From Clostridia bacterium (GTDB lineage: Bacteria > Bacillota > Clostridia > Christensenellales > CAG-138): a DNA stretch of 64,000 nucleotides. Where the stretch lies: assembly GCA_017523925.1 (NCBI GenBank), contig JAFWVQ010000011.1, forward strand, positions 32,731 to 96,730, read 5' to 3'. Both the position numbers and the translations under genes were made by a program. Shown here piece after piece: positions 1 to 9,019 of the stretch; within the stretch, counting starts at the first letter, position 1; each line of letters opens with the position of its first letter. The notes under the pieces are model-generated. The model saw only the letters and a program-made list of their open reading frames with translations, ran no database searches and was not told the DNA's origin.

Positions 1-2951
1 CAAGGATAACCGTCACCGCCGAGGACGAGGCGGGCGGCCTGCTCACCTGCGTGCGCGACGTGCCGGTGGGCTACACCGCGTTCTATTTCAGCGGCGATTC
101 CGTCACCGTTATCGCGGGCGCGGACAATAAATACGAGGTCGTGGGCCGTCAAGTAACCGACGAGCTCGACCATGAGCTGACCGTTTCCACCGATACGAGC
201 GGCAACACGGTCTACACCGCGAGCGGCGACACCAAGCTCTGCATCGAGATCAAAAAAGCAGGCGGCGCATACGTTTTCGGCGGCACGGCAAACGACGCTT
301 CGATCGCCGTTAAGAAGGAGGCCACGGGCAACGCGTTCATCCTTATGAACGAGCTCGACCTCACCAGCAGCTACACTTCCCCCATCACGATCAAGAAAAA
401 TTCAAATGCGGCGGTCGTTATCACCGCGCTCGCCGGCACCGTCAACACCCTGACCGACTCGGAGTTCAACAACGCCGATATCTACGGTCCCGAGGAGGAC
501 GGCGGCGATCTTTCCAATCAATTCTACGCCGAAAGCGCCGTTATCAAGGCAAAGACCGGCGCGACCGTGTTCATCAACGGCGAAGGCACCCTGAATATCA
601 ATTCCAACGCGAAAAACGGCATAAAGAGCGGCGCGGACTCCGAGCTTGAGATCTCGGAGCTCACGCTGAACGTGAACGCGCTCAAAAACGGCATTTCGAG
701 CGAGAACGAGCTGAACATCGTCAGCGGCAATATCTCCGTCACCACCCAAACGGGCGACGCGATCAAGGCTGAGGACGACACCTCCGAGATCGGCACGATC
801 AACGTGACCGGCGGCGATATTACCATAAACGCGGCCGACGAGGGCATCGCGGCTTCTGCGAACGTGAATATCTACGGCGGCACGCTCGACATCACCTGCG
901 GCGGCGACGCAGTGAAGGCGGAGAACCTCACCGAGACCGCCGGCGATATCTACGTATGCGGCGGCGAATTCACGATCAACACCCAGTGCGACGGCTTCCA
1001 GGCCGCCGGCAACGCCACCTTCCGCGGCGGCAATATCGAGGTGCTTGCCTGCGGCGGCAGCGCGAACACCGCCTATAATAAGGATACCATGCCGAGCGCG
1101 AAGGGCATCAAGGCGGGCGGCGAGCTCACCTTCTACGACGGCGTTTACGATATCGACTCCGCCGACGATGCGCTGCATTCCAACGGCAATCTTACCATAC
1201 TCGGCGGCGAATACACGCTTGCGAGCACCGACGACGGCATCCATGCCGATTTCCGCACCACCCTTGGCGAAGCGGGCGGCGACGATTCCGCGATAAACGT
1301 CAACATCACCACCAGCTACGAGGGCATCGAGGGCGCGAACATCATCGGCTACTCGGGCGTTTACACGATGCGCTGCACCGACGACTGCATCAACGCCGCA
1401 AACTCCGATCTCGGCGGCTATGCGTTCACGCTCAGGCTCTACGGCGGCACCTACCACTGCTACGGCGGCAACGGCGACGGCGTGGACTCCAACGGCGAAT
1501 TCTCCAATATCGGCGCGCTCGTGGAGATCTTCACCCCCTCGCGCGGCAATTTCGCGCTCGACAGCGACGGCACGATGACTCTCTACGGCGGCACCACCCT
1601 CGCGGTCGGCTCGAGCGACATGGTCGAGGCTCCGCAGAACGGCGTTTACGTGCGCTTCGGCTCCTCCGGCTGGGGCGGCGGCAGCAGCTTCACCTTCGCA
1701 AACGGCGACGCGCTTGCTGTTTACAATTCCTCCAATCAGCAGATCTATTCCACGGTCGTTCGCTACCACAACACCACGATGACATCCTCCACGGTCATCT
1801 TCGCAAGTCCGGACGTGGTGTCGGGGCAGAGCTACCGCCTGTATAAGAACGGCTCGCAGGTCGCCTCGGCGAACGCTTCGGGAAATAACCCGGGCAACCC
1901 GCCCGTGAACCCCGCAACCGCGATAAACTGGCAGAGCGTGGGCGAGCAGAGCGAACAATATGCGCGCGTTACGAGCCTTGAAGTGGGCGTTGGGGCGATC
2001 ATAACGAACACCGCGAACACCTACGCGCTTTCGGGCGGCGGCTCGATCGGCAGCACTGCCGTAACGGTCTCCTCCGTCACCGGCGGCTACGCGATAAGCG
2101 GCGCGGGCGAAGCGAATACCTGGTATAAGACAGCGGACAGCAAGCTTTACTGCACCGTGAACGGCACGAACTACTACCTTGCATATGCTCAGTCCGGCGG
2201 CGGCTGGAACCCGAGCTACACTCTCACTCTCACTACTGCCGCCTCCTCCGCAGCGGCGTGGGCGTTCTCGCCGAGCGGCAATTACGCCCGCATAACCACC
2301 GTTGCGGCAGGTCAGGGCGGCCCGGGCGGCGGAGGCCCCGGCGGCGGAGGCAGAACGCTGTACCTCGTTTCGAGCGGCTCGAGCTTCGCGCTCTCCACCA
2401 GCGGCGGCAATCTCTGCATCTATTCGCCCGACACCGCGCAGGCGGCGCTCGAGGGCGTTCGCGATTACTTCGTGAACCTCGATAACGGCGAAAGCGTTGA
2501 TGAGAGCACGGTTTTTGCGAATGCGCAGATCAAGTTCCGTGCAAGCATCGGCGGCCAGACCCAGACTCTTGAATGGAGCGACAGCCGCGTCAGCTACGAA
2601 TGGGCTCCCGCATACAGCGCAGGCGAGGCGGGCGATTACAGCCTGAACGTTTCGGTGCTCGGCACCTATATCGGCAGCATCCGCGTTATCGCGGTCGGCG
2701 GCAGCGCCGGCTCGAATGCACCCGTTCCGCCCGAATACGTTATCCCGAACCCGCCCACGGACGGCGTTCTCGGCGACAGCGACGGCAACGGCTCCGTGAA
2801 CATGGTGGACGCGATACTTGCGCTGCGCCACGCGATGGGGCTTGAGATGCTCGGCGCGGACGGCATCGCAAGAGCGGATATCGACGGCAACGGCTCGATC
2901 AGCATGGCGGACGCGGTCGAGATAATGAGGCTCGCGCTCGGCATCGTCTGA
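1..2951 (+). CDS. Secreted carbohydrate-binding beta-helix-like protein (Cthe_2159-like rungs) with C-terminal type I dockerin; 5' end lies outside the window
   Basis: The frame is open from nt 3, with no stop upstream of the listed GTG at 51. It has repetitive parallel-beta-helix-like rungs (e.g. NGIKSGADSELEISELTLNVNALKNGISSENELNIVSGNISV). The C-terminus has two Ca-binding dockerin segments, DSDGNGSVNMVDAILALRHAMG and DIDGNGSISMADAVEIMRLALG. Confidence 0.8.
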   Translation, partial: RITVTAEDEAGGLLTCVRDVPVGYTAFYFSGDSVTVIAGADNKYEVVGRQVTDELDHELTVSTDTSGNTVYTASGDTKLCIEIKKAGGAYVFGGTANDASIAVKKEATGNAFILMNELDLTSSYTSPITIKKNSNAAVVITALAGTVNTLTDSEFNNADIYGPEEDGGDLSNQFYAESAVIKAKTGATVFINGEGTLNINSNAKNGIKSGADSELEISELTLNVNALKNGISSENELNIVSGNISVTTQTGDAIKAEDDTSEIGTINVTGGDITINAADEGIAASANVNIYGGTLDITCGGDAVKAENLTETAGDIYVCGGEFTINTQCDGFQAAGNATFRGGNIEVLACGGSANTAYNKDTMPSAKGIKAGGELTFYDGVYDIDSADDALHSNGNLTILGGEYTLASTDDGIHADFRTTLGEAGGDDSAINVNITTSYEGIEGANIIGYSGVYTMRCTDDCINAANSDLGGYAFTLRLYGGTYHCYGGNGDGVDSNGEFSNIGALVEIFTPSRGNFALDSDGTMTLYGGTTLAVGSSDMVEAPQNGVYVRFGSSGWGGGSSFTFANGDALAVYNSSNQQIYSTVVRYHNTTMTSSTVIFASPDVVSGQSYRLYKNGSQVASANASGNNPGNPPVNPATAINWQSVGEQSEQYARVTSLEVGVGAIITNTANTYALSGGGSIGSTAVTVSSVTGGYAISGAGEANTWYKTADSKLYCTVNGTNYYLAYAQSGGGWNPSYTLTLTTAASSAAAWAFSPSGNYARITTVAAGQGGPGGGGPGGGGRTLYLVSSGSSFALSTSGGNLCIYSPDTAQAALEGVRDYFVNLDNGESVDESTVFANAQIKFRASIGGQTQTLEWSDSRVSYEWAPAYSAGEAGDYSLNVSVLGTYIGSIRVIAVGGSAGSNAPVPPEYVIPNPPTDGVLGDSDGNGSVNMVDAILALRHAMGLEMLGADGIARADIDGNGSISMADAVEIMRLALGIV

Positions 2952-2990
2952 TGCGGCGAACGAAAAAGCAAATTGACGCATGACGAATGA

Positions 2991-3029
2991 AATATCGGCG
3001 GCGGGAAAGCAGTTCCCGCCGCCGATATT
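2991..3029 (+). terminator. Rho-independent terminator-like hairpin after the dockerin gene
   Basis: A perfect 17-bp inverted repeat AATATCGGCGGCGGGAA-agcag-TTCCCGCCGCCGATATT sits 40 nt after the stop and is followed by TGGTTAT. Confidence 0.65.
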
Positions 3030-3033
3030 TGGT

Positions 3034-3915
3034 TATAGTGAACAGTTTGCTGAAATAGTGAATAGCTTTGTAATAGTGAATAGTTGAGGTGGAAACGCCA
3101 CGGGCGTTTCTTTTGATTCTTTCCATCTCATCCGCCGCTCGCCGCGGGGGCATTTTGCGTTGCTCAGCTCAGCCACCTTCCCCTCAAAGGGAAGGCTTTT
3201 GGGCAGCGTTTCTTCTGATTTTATACATCATTTGAAATCCCCGTGGGATTTCTTCCTCAATTTCTTCATTAGCGCAGCGGCTTCACTCGCCGCAAGGCGA
3301 ATTTCATCGCGCCGCAAGGCTTCCCCTCGAGGGGAAGCTGTCAGCGCAGCTGACTGATGAGGTGGTACGAAAAATGCGCAGCGGAGCGAGCATTTTCGGA
3401 TCGATTGAGATCAAGCGTTCTAACGGTTTTTCTTTTGTTTAACTTTTTCTTGCTTTTAATCGGACCCAAATCCCTCGCGGGATTTGTGCAGGTCTCCACC
3501 TCATCCGTCTTCGCGGAGCGTTGCTCCGCTCAGCCACCTTCCCCTCAAGGGGAAGGCTTTTGGGCGGCGTTTCTTCAAATTAAATTTTGAAATTCCGCAG
3601 GAATTTTTACCACAATTCGCGCAGCGAATTTCACTTGCCGCAGGCAAATTTCATCTGCCGAAGTCAGATTTCACTCGCCGTAAGGCGAATTTCATCGCGC
3701 CGCAAAGCGCTGCCGCAGGCAAGCATCATGCGCTGAAAGCACACATTATTTGAAATCCCCTTGGGATTTCCACCTCAATTTCTTCATTAGCCGAACGCGG
3801 CTTCATTCCTTCATTAGCGAAGCAGCTTCATTTGCCGCAAGGCGCTGCCGCAGGCAGATTTCACCCGCGCAGCGGATTTCACTGCGCGAAAAGCGCAATT
3901 CGCCGGCGCTGACGC
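3034..3915 (+). repeat. Composite intergenic repeat family, forward orientation, about 2.5 tandem composite copies
   Basis: Modules seen: TGAATAG-type heptamers; core hairpin GGAAACGCCacgGGCGTTTC; the CCACCTCATCCG...CAGCCACCTTCCCCTCAA(A)GGGGAAGGCTTTTGG module (twice); GAAATCCCnnnGGGATTTC hairpins; and strings of short hairpins spaced by AATTTCA. The same modules recur at 8 other loci in the window. Confidence 0.85.
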
Positions 3916-4704
3916 TCACAGCCTTTCCGGCACTATCGGACAATCCCAGTAAAGCAGCCTGCCGCCGTGCTTTTCGGCGATGCGGATCGCGTGCACGGTC
4001 AGCGCGTCGATATCCCATTTTTTCAGCGCGCAGATGCGGTGCACCGAAAGCTCGAATGGGCAGTCCTCGTTGCCCTCGGAGCCGTCGATGCTGTCGCCGG
4101 TCGCAAAGCCCTCGCTCAGCGCATCGGAAGCGAACGCGGCGCGCGCGGCGTCCGTGGGGAAGGCAAGGTGCAGATTGATCCTGCGCGGCGCTTCGGAATC
4201 GCCCTTGCTGTACAGCTCGGCGATGATCTCGCCGTTGCGAACGGTCTCGCGCTTCGCATCGTCGGGATAGAGCACGGTGAAATAGCTGCTCCAATCCGGC
4301 TCGGTGCGCCCGCCAACGCGGCATTCAACGCACTTTTCCTCGGAGGCAAGCGCCTTCATGCGCTCGTAATCCGCAACGGAGGCAAGGTAGATGTAGTATT
4401 GCAGCTCGTCCTTCGTTTCGATATAGCCGGCAACCGAAAGCTCCAGCTCCTTTGCGCATTTTTTGATGAATTTCAGCGCCTTCGCAACCGTTTTGCCGTC
4501 GAGCTCACCGCCGCCTGCGGGAAGGAAGCCGACGTAGGCGAGCACGGGAAGCGATCGTATCGGAGCGCGAGCACAAAGGCGCATATCCACTCCGAACACC
4601 GCCGGCTGCCCGTCAAGCCGCCAATCATAGCAAAGCAGCTTGCCCTCGATCGCATCGCCCGCGTCCGGCGCGGAGAAAAGGCCTTGGAAAAAGTTTTTTG
4701 GCAT
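3916..4704 (-). CDS. DUF695 / RraB-like (regulator of ribonuclease activity B fold) domain protein
   Basis: I place the start at ATG 4704 (MPKNFFQG...) with GAGGTG upstream; the listed longer ORF start lies inside the repeat. The C-terminal half (RINLHLAFPTDAARAAFASDALSEGF...IDALTVHAIRIAEKHGGRLLYWDCPI) resembles RraB-family proteins. The family assignment comes from memory only. Confidence 0.6.
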   Translation of the reverse strand: MPKNFFQGLFSAPDAGDAIEGKLLCYDWRLDGQPAVFGVDMRLCARAPIRSLPVLAYVGFLPAGGGELDGKTVAKALKFIKKCAKELELSVAGYIETKDELQYYIYLASVADYERMKALASEEKCVECRVGGRTEPDWSSYFTVLYPDDAKRETVRNGEIIAELYSKGDSEAPRRINLHLAFPTDAARAAFASDALSEGFATGDSIDGSEGNEDCPFELSVHRICALKKWDIDALTVHAIRIAEKHGGRLLYWDCPIVPERL

Positions 4705-4720
4705 AAAACACCTCGATAAG

Positions 4721-5075
4721 AGTGAATAGTGAATAATGAATAGTTGTGGTGGAAACGCCACGGGAAGGTTTAGTGAATAGTGAATAATGAATAATGAATA
4801 GTTGAGGATGAAACGCCACGGGCGTTTCTTCTGATCATTTCCACCTCATCCGCCGCTCGCCGCGGGGGCATTTTGCGCTGCCCCGCTCAGCCACCTTCCC
4901 CTCAAAGGGGAAGGCTTTTGGACGGCGTTTCTTCTGATTTTATTCATTATTTGAAATCCCCTTGGGATCTCTTTCTCAACCCGGCGCAGCCGGATTTCAC
5001 TTGCCACAGGCAAATTTCACCTGCCGAAGGCAGATTTCACTCGCCGTAAGGCGAATTTCATCGCGCCGCAGGCGC
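4721..5075 (+). repeat. Composite intergenic repeat family, forward orientation, one full composite copy
   Basis: It contains heptamers AGTGAATAGTGAATAATGAATAG and two core hairpins (one degenerate). These are followed by the CCACCTCATCCGCCGCTCGCC...CCTTCCCCTCAAAGGGGAAGG module and a mini-hairpin string TTGCCacaGGCAA-ATTTCAC-CTGCCgaaGGCAG-ATTTCAC-TCGCCgtaaGGCGA. Confidence 0.85.
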
Positions 5076-5087
5076 GCCCGCCGTATC

Positions 5088-5122
5088 TTAAAACACGGGC
5101 GCTTGGCTGAACCGAAGCGCCC
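5088..5122 (-). terminator. Terminator-like hairpin downstream of alaS
   Basis: GGGCGCTT / AAGCGCCC stem (5097-5104 / 5115-5122). On the minus strand it is followed by GTGTTTTAAG. Confidence 0.55.
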
Positions 5123-5131
5123 GCGTATAAA

Positions 5132-6925
5132 TCATGCGTTGGGGATGAGCACGGCCTTGATCCTGCGAACGCCTGCGCTCGAGGCCTCCTCCTTCTTGAT
5201 CTTGAAGGTGCCGAGCTCGCCGGTGTTGCTCGCGTGCGGACCGCCGCAGATCTCGCAGCTGTATTCGCCCATGGTGTAGACCTTGACGCGCTCGCCGTAC
5301 TTATCGCCAAACAGGCCGATCGCGCCCTTCTCGCGCGCTTCGGGAACGGTCATCTCCTCGCAGGTGATGGGCGCGTTCGCCGCGATTGCTTCGTTTACGA
5401 GCCTTTCGACCTCCGCGATCTCCTCGGGCGTCATCTTGCGCGGGAACGAGAAATCGAACCTGAGCCTCTCGGTAGTGATGTTCGAGCCCTTCTGCGCCAC
5501 CTCGTCGCCCAGAACCTTTTTAAGCGCCGCCTGCATAAGATGCGTTGCGGTGTGCAGCTTCGCGGTCTCCTCGCTCGCGTCCGCAAGGCCGCCCTTGAAC
5601 TTCTGCTCCGAGCCCGCCTTGGACTTCTGCTGATGCTCGGCGAATTTCTCATGGAAGCCCGCAACGTCCACTGTAAGGCCGTTCTCGGTCGCCATCTCAA
5701 CGGTGAACTCGATCGGGAAGCCGAAGGTGTCGAAGAGGCGGAACGCGCTTGCGCCGTCGATAACGCCGTTTTCAAATTTATTTTTGATGCGCTCGAATTC
5801 GCGCATGCCGTTTGAAAGCGTGCGCTGGAACTTGAGCTCCTCGGTGTCCAGCTCCTTCCTGATATGCTCCGCGTTTTCGCTTAGCTCGGGGTACACCTCG
5901 CCGTAATCCGCGATAACGGTCTCGGCAACCTTACTGAGCGCATTCTCGCCCATCTCAAGCTGCATCGCGTAGCGAAGCGCACGGCGGATGAGCCTTCTTA
6001 AAATATAGCCCTGATCCACGTTCGAGGGGGTAACGCCGCGCGGGTCGCCCAGCATGAAGGTGGCGGTGCGGATATGATCCGCGATGATGCGGAAGGCCTT
6101 CACGGTGTCCGCATTATCCTTATAGTTCTTGCCCGAAAGTTCCGCGATGCGCGCAAGGATATTCGTGAAAGCATCGGTATCGTAAACGCTCTCGGCGCCC
6201 TGAAGCGTTGCAACGGTGCGCTCAAGACCCATTCCGGTGTCCACGTTTTTCTTGCTGAGCTGGCTCATTTTTCCGTCCGGCGCTTTGTAGTACTGCATGA
6301 AAACGTTGTTCCATATCTCAAGGTACTTGCCGCAGGAGCAGGAGGGGTCGCAGTGCGCGGAGCAGGGCTCTTTTCCGGTGTCGAAGAAGATCTCGGTGTC
6401 GGGTCCGCAGGGGCCGCTCGTGCCGGGGATCCACCAGTTGTGCTTCGCGTTCAGATAGAAGATATGCGAGGGGTCCACGCCCATCTCCACCCAGCGATCG
6501 TGGGAGAATTCGTCCTTCGGCGCGTTCTCGTCGCCCTCAAAGCAGGAGAAATACAGCCTGTCCTTATCTATGCCGAGCCACTTCTCATCGGTCAGAAACT
6601 CCCAGCTCCACGCGATGGACTCGCTCTTGAAGTAGTCGCCAAGCGACCAGTTGCCGAGCATCTCGAAGAAGGTGAGATGGCTTGCGTCGCCCACCTCGTC
6701 GATATCGCCGGTGCGGACGCATTTCTGCACGTCGCAAAGCCGCGTTCCGGCGGGATGCTCGCTGCCCATCAGATAGGGCATCAGCGGATGCATGCCGGCG
6801 GTGGTGAACAGCACCGAGGGGTCGTTCTCGGGGATCAGCGACGCGGAGGGGATCACGGCGTGGCCGCGCTCGGAGAAGAAGCGGAGAAAGAGCCTGCGAA
6901 GCTCGTGGGTCGTTAAATTTTTCAT
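5132..6925 (-). CDS. alaS: Alanine--tRNA ligase, short form (597 aa, no C-Ala domain)
   Basis: It has a class II AlaRS catalytic core (FTTAGMHPL, FFEMLGNWSLGDYFK) and editing-domain zinc motifs HTATHLM and CGGPH. The protein ends about 30 aa after CGGPH. A GAGGT Shine-Dalgarno lies 9 nt upstream of ATG 6925. Confidence 0.9.
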   Translation of the reverse strand: MKNLTTHELRRLFLRFFSERGHAVIPSASLIPENDPSVLFTTAGMHPLMPYLMGSEHPAGTRLCDVQKCVRTGDIDEVGDASHLTFFEMLGNWSLGDYFKSESIAWSWEFLTDEKWLGIDKDRLYFSCFEGDENAPKDEFSHDRWVEMGVDPSHIFYLNAKHNWWIPGTSGPCGPDTEIFFDTGKEPCSAHCDPSCSCGKYLEIWNNVFMQYYKAPDGKMSQLSKKNVDTGMGLERTVATLQGAESVYDTDAFTNILARIAELSGKNYKDNADTVKAFRIIADHIRTATFMLGDPRGVTPSNVDQGYILRRLIRRALRYAMQLEMGENALSKVAETVIADYGEVYPELSENAEHIRKELDTEELKFQRTLSNGMREFERIKNKFENGVIDGASAFRLFDTFGFPIEFTVEMATENGLTVDVAGFHEKFAEHQQKSKAGSEQKFKGGLADASEETAKLHTATHLMQAALKKVLGDEVAQKGSNITTERLRFDFSFPRKMTPEEIAEVERLVNEAIAANAPITCEEMTVPEAREKGAIGLFGDKYGERVKVYTMGEYSCEICGGPHASNTGELGTFKIKKEEASSAGVRRIKAVLIPNA

Positions 6926-6993
6926 CGGAATATTACCTCGCGTTTGTTTGGCCTCGGCATTTTACACGCCTGCTGCCTATTTACCTATTCTAT

Positions 6994-7023
6994 ATTATAG
7001 TGCAAACGGGGAGGGCTTGTCAA
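6994..7023 (-). promoter_or_regulatory. Sigma-A promoter of alaS
   Basis: Minus strand reads TTGACA (7023..7018), an 18-nt spacer, then TATAAT (6999..6994), about 70 nt upstream of the alaS ATG. Confidence 0.65.
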
Positions 7024-7062
7024 GAAGCGTGCCGCTTGCTGAAGAGATCGCTGCAGCAGGTC

Positions 7063-8312
7063 TCACTTCGCCGCAGCGCTTCTTTTAAACAGCCTGGCGA
7101 TATTCTTGATCGGGCTGCGCTTGCCGAGGTTCGATTCGTCGATCTCGCCGGCCTTCTTGAGCGCAAGCTTGGTGAGCACGGGACCAACGAGCTCGTAGAC
7201 CAGCGTTGCGAAAAGCGCCACGGTCACCACCTGGCTCGCAAGCTCGGCGGGCAGCTCGGGGGTCGCGGCGACCATCTGCGCCATGCCGATCGCAACGCCC
7301 GCCTGCGGAAGCAGCGTTATGCCGAGGTATTTTTTAACGTTTTTATCCGACTTGGATATGGCGGCGCCAAGCCAGCTTCCTGTGTATTTGCCGATCGAGC
7401 GGGCGAGAATATACACGATGCCGATCACGCCGACCGTGGTGAGTATCGAAAAATCCAGCTCCGCGCCCGAAAAAACGAAGAACAGCATGAACAGCGCGGG
7501 CGTCCAGCCGTCGATTATCTCGAGCACGCGCACCGAGTCGCGGCGCATATTCGCAAAAACGCAGCCGAGCATCATGCACGTTAGAAGCGAGGAGAGCTCC
7601 CAAACCTCCGAGAGCGCAACGCAGGCGAAACCGCCGCGAGCATCAGCGAAAGCCTGTTCGCATTGGAGCGGAAAAAGCGCATGGAAATGGCGAGAACAGC
7701 GCCCATAGCACCGCCCGTGAGCAGCGAAAGCCCGATCTCGCGCAGGGGCTCGAGGATCACCGAGCTCATGCTCATGCCGGAGCCGGAGGAAAACGCTATC
7801 GCAAGCGCAAGGCAGACCGAGAAGATCATCAGGCCGATCGCGTCGTCAAATGCGGTAACGGGCAGCAGCGTGTCCGTCACGGGGCCGCGCGCCTTGTACT
7901 GGCGAACCACCAGCAGCGTTGCGGCGGGCGCGGTGGCGGCGGCGATGGCTCCGAGCAGCAGCGCGCGGGGCAGGCTGTGCTCCCCGGGCAGGAAGCGCAG
8001 CGCGAGTATGACGAACAGCACCGTCACGGCCGCTTGGGCAACGGTGATGATTATGATCTTCGCACCGAGTTTTTTGAGGAAGTTCAGCTTGAACTCGCCG
8101 CCGATCGAGAAGGCGATGAAGCCGAGCGCGGTGGTGGTGATGATCTTGAGGCTCTTTATGCTCTCGACGGTAACGAGGTTGAATACGTATGGGCCGATCA
8201 GCACGCCGGCGATGAGGTAGCCGGTGACGTTCGGCAGGTTCAGTATCTTCATGAGCCTTGAAAGCGCAAGACCCGCCGCCATGGCGATGGCGATGATAAG
8301 AAGCGTTTGCAT
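7063..8312 (-). pseudogene. Cation:proton antiporter (Na+/H+ exchanger family) interrupted by a 1-nt frameshift
   Basis: ORFs 7581..8312 and 7063..7575 both encode TM helices of one transporter. The downstream frame is open upstream of its first Met and reads GGFACVALSEVWELSSLLTCMMLGCVFAN. The upstream ORF drifts into AAVSPALRSRRFGSSPRF* after RLSLMLA. The frames join if one base is restored near 7629..7640 (CCGCCGCG run). Confidence 0.75.
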
Positions 8313-8468
8313 TTTCTTTTCCTGATTTCGTAATATTTCGGCGGCTTTTCCGAAAAAACCGCAAAAAGAGACGCCTGAACCGCGTTGACGGCGATCCGGC
8401 GCGTTCGTTGTTATTAAGGTTAAGATCGGGGCTGCGAGATGAAGCGCATGCGCAGCAAACAGTATCGG

Positions 8469-8618
8469 AAGAAATTCCGAAGGAATTTCGATCTCAACTA
8501 CCCACTAACCACTGCCCACTAACCACTGATCACTGATAACTAAATAATTATTTGAAGAAATCCCTCCGGGATTTCATCCTCAACTATTCACTATTCATTA
8601 TTCATTATTCACTCTTCA
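8469..8618 (-). repeat. Composite intergenic repeat family, reverse orientation (two core hairpins plus heptamer arrays)
   Basis: GAAGAAATTCCgaaGGAATTTC, then CCACTAA-type heptamers, then TTTGAAGAAATCCCtccGGGATTTCATCCTCAACTATTCACTATTCATTATTC. It abuts the stop codon of the next gene. Confidence 0.85.
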
Positions 8619-8954
8619 CTAATACTCATCTATCCCCTCATAGCTGCCCACGGGGATGGTGAACATCATGCCCTTTTTGCCGAGCCCCTGCGTATTGCGC
8701 CTGATAACGCGCTTTGCGTGCTCCACCTGATCCTCGGTGAGCACGAGGAACGCGGTGTGGCTCGATTCAAAGTCGTGGCTGATGACCTTGCTTACGCGCC
8801 CGAAGATCGGCGCCGCGTCGATGTCGCTGCCCAGCAGGGCGTTTTTGAGGCTGGTGGACGGGAAAACGATTCCGTTCATGCCGTGCGCCTTGAGACCCTC
8901 GAGCGTGGCCATGAATTCATCGGTGCTGTCGATGGTTATAACAAGAAGCTGCAT
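8619..8954 (-). CDS. Small PII-like (GlnB-fold-like) protein, function unknown
   Basis: I place the start at ATG 8954 (MQLLVITIDS...) with AGGAG 7 nt upstream. The 111-aa length and the pattern (MQLLVITI..EFMATLEGLKAHGMNGIVF...TAFLVLTEDQVEHAKRVIRRN...GKKGMMFTIPV) parallel PII proteins (MKKIEAII..EVKEAL..GITGMTV...GDGKIFVSPV). This is recognised by eye only. Confidence 0.5.
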   Translation of the reverse strand: MQLLVITIDSTDEFMATLEGLKAHGMNGIVFPSTSLKNALLGSDIDAAPIFGRVSKVISHDFESSHTAFLVLTEDQVEHAKRVIRRNTQGLGKKGMMFTIPVGSYEGIDEY

Positions 8955-8990
8955 ACTTTTTCTCCTTCCCGTTTTCATGGAATTCAAGCA

Positions 8991-9019
8991 GATTATAGAA
9001 CCTCTTTTCCCGCCTGTCA
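8991..9019 (-). promoter_or_regulatory. Consensus sigma-A promoter of the PII-like gene
   Basis: Minus strand reads TTGACA (9019..9014), a 17-nt spacer, then TATAAT (8996..8991). Confidence 0.7.

Noticed and set aside
402-2981. 859-aa ORF antisense to the dockerin protein gene.
   Set aside because: This is a typical high-GC shadow ORF: Arg/Ala/Gly-rich, with no motifs and no Shine-Dalgarno. The opposite strand has clear domain content.
3160-4324. Several 65-173-aa ORFs inside the repeat region (for example 3750..4178 and 3803..4324). Analogous ORFs lie at 4962..5279, 48044..48511, 57938..58183 and 57951..58226.
   Set aside because: They lie entirely within non-coding composite repeats and overlap each other in several frames on both strands. 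Their peptides (IHYSLFIIHYSLF, FPFEGKVAE) are simply translations of the repeat modules.
6926-7062. Looked for a T-box leader upstream of alaS.
   Set aside because: Only about 70 nt separate the -10 element from the ATG. No specifier-loop, T-box (AAUUAGGGUGGUACCGCG-like) sequence or terminator/antiterminator pair is present.
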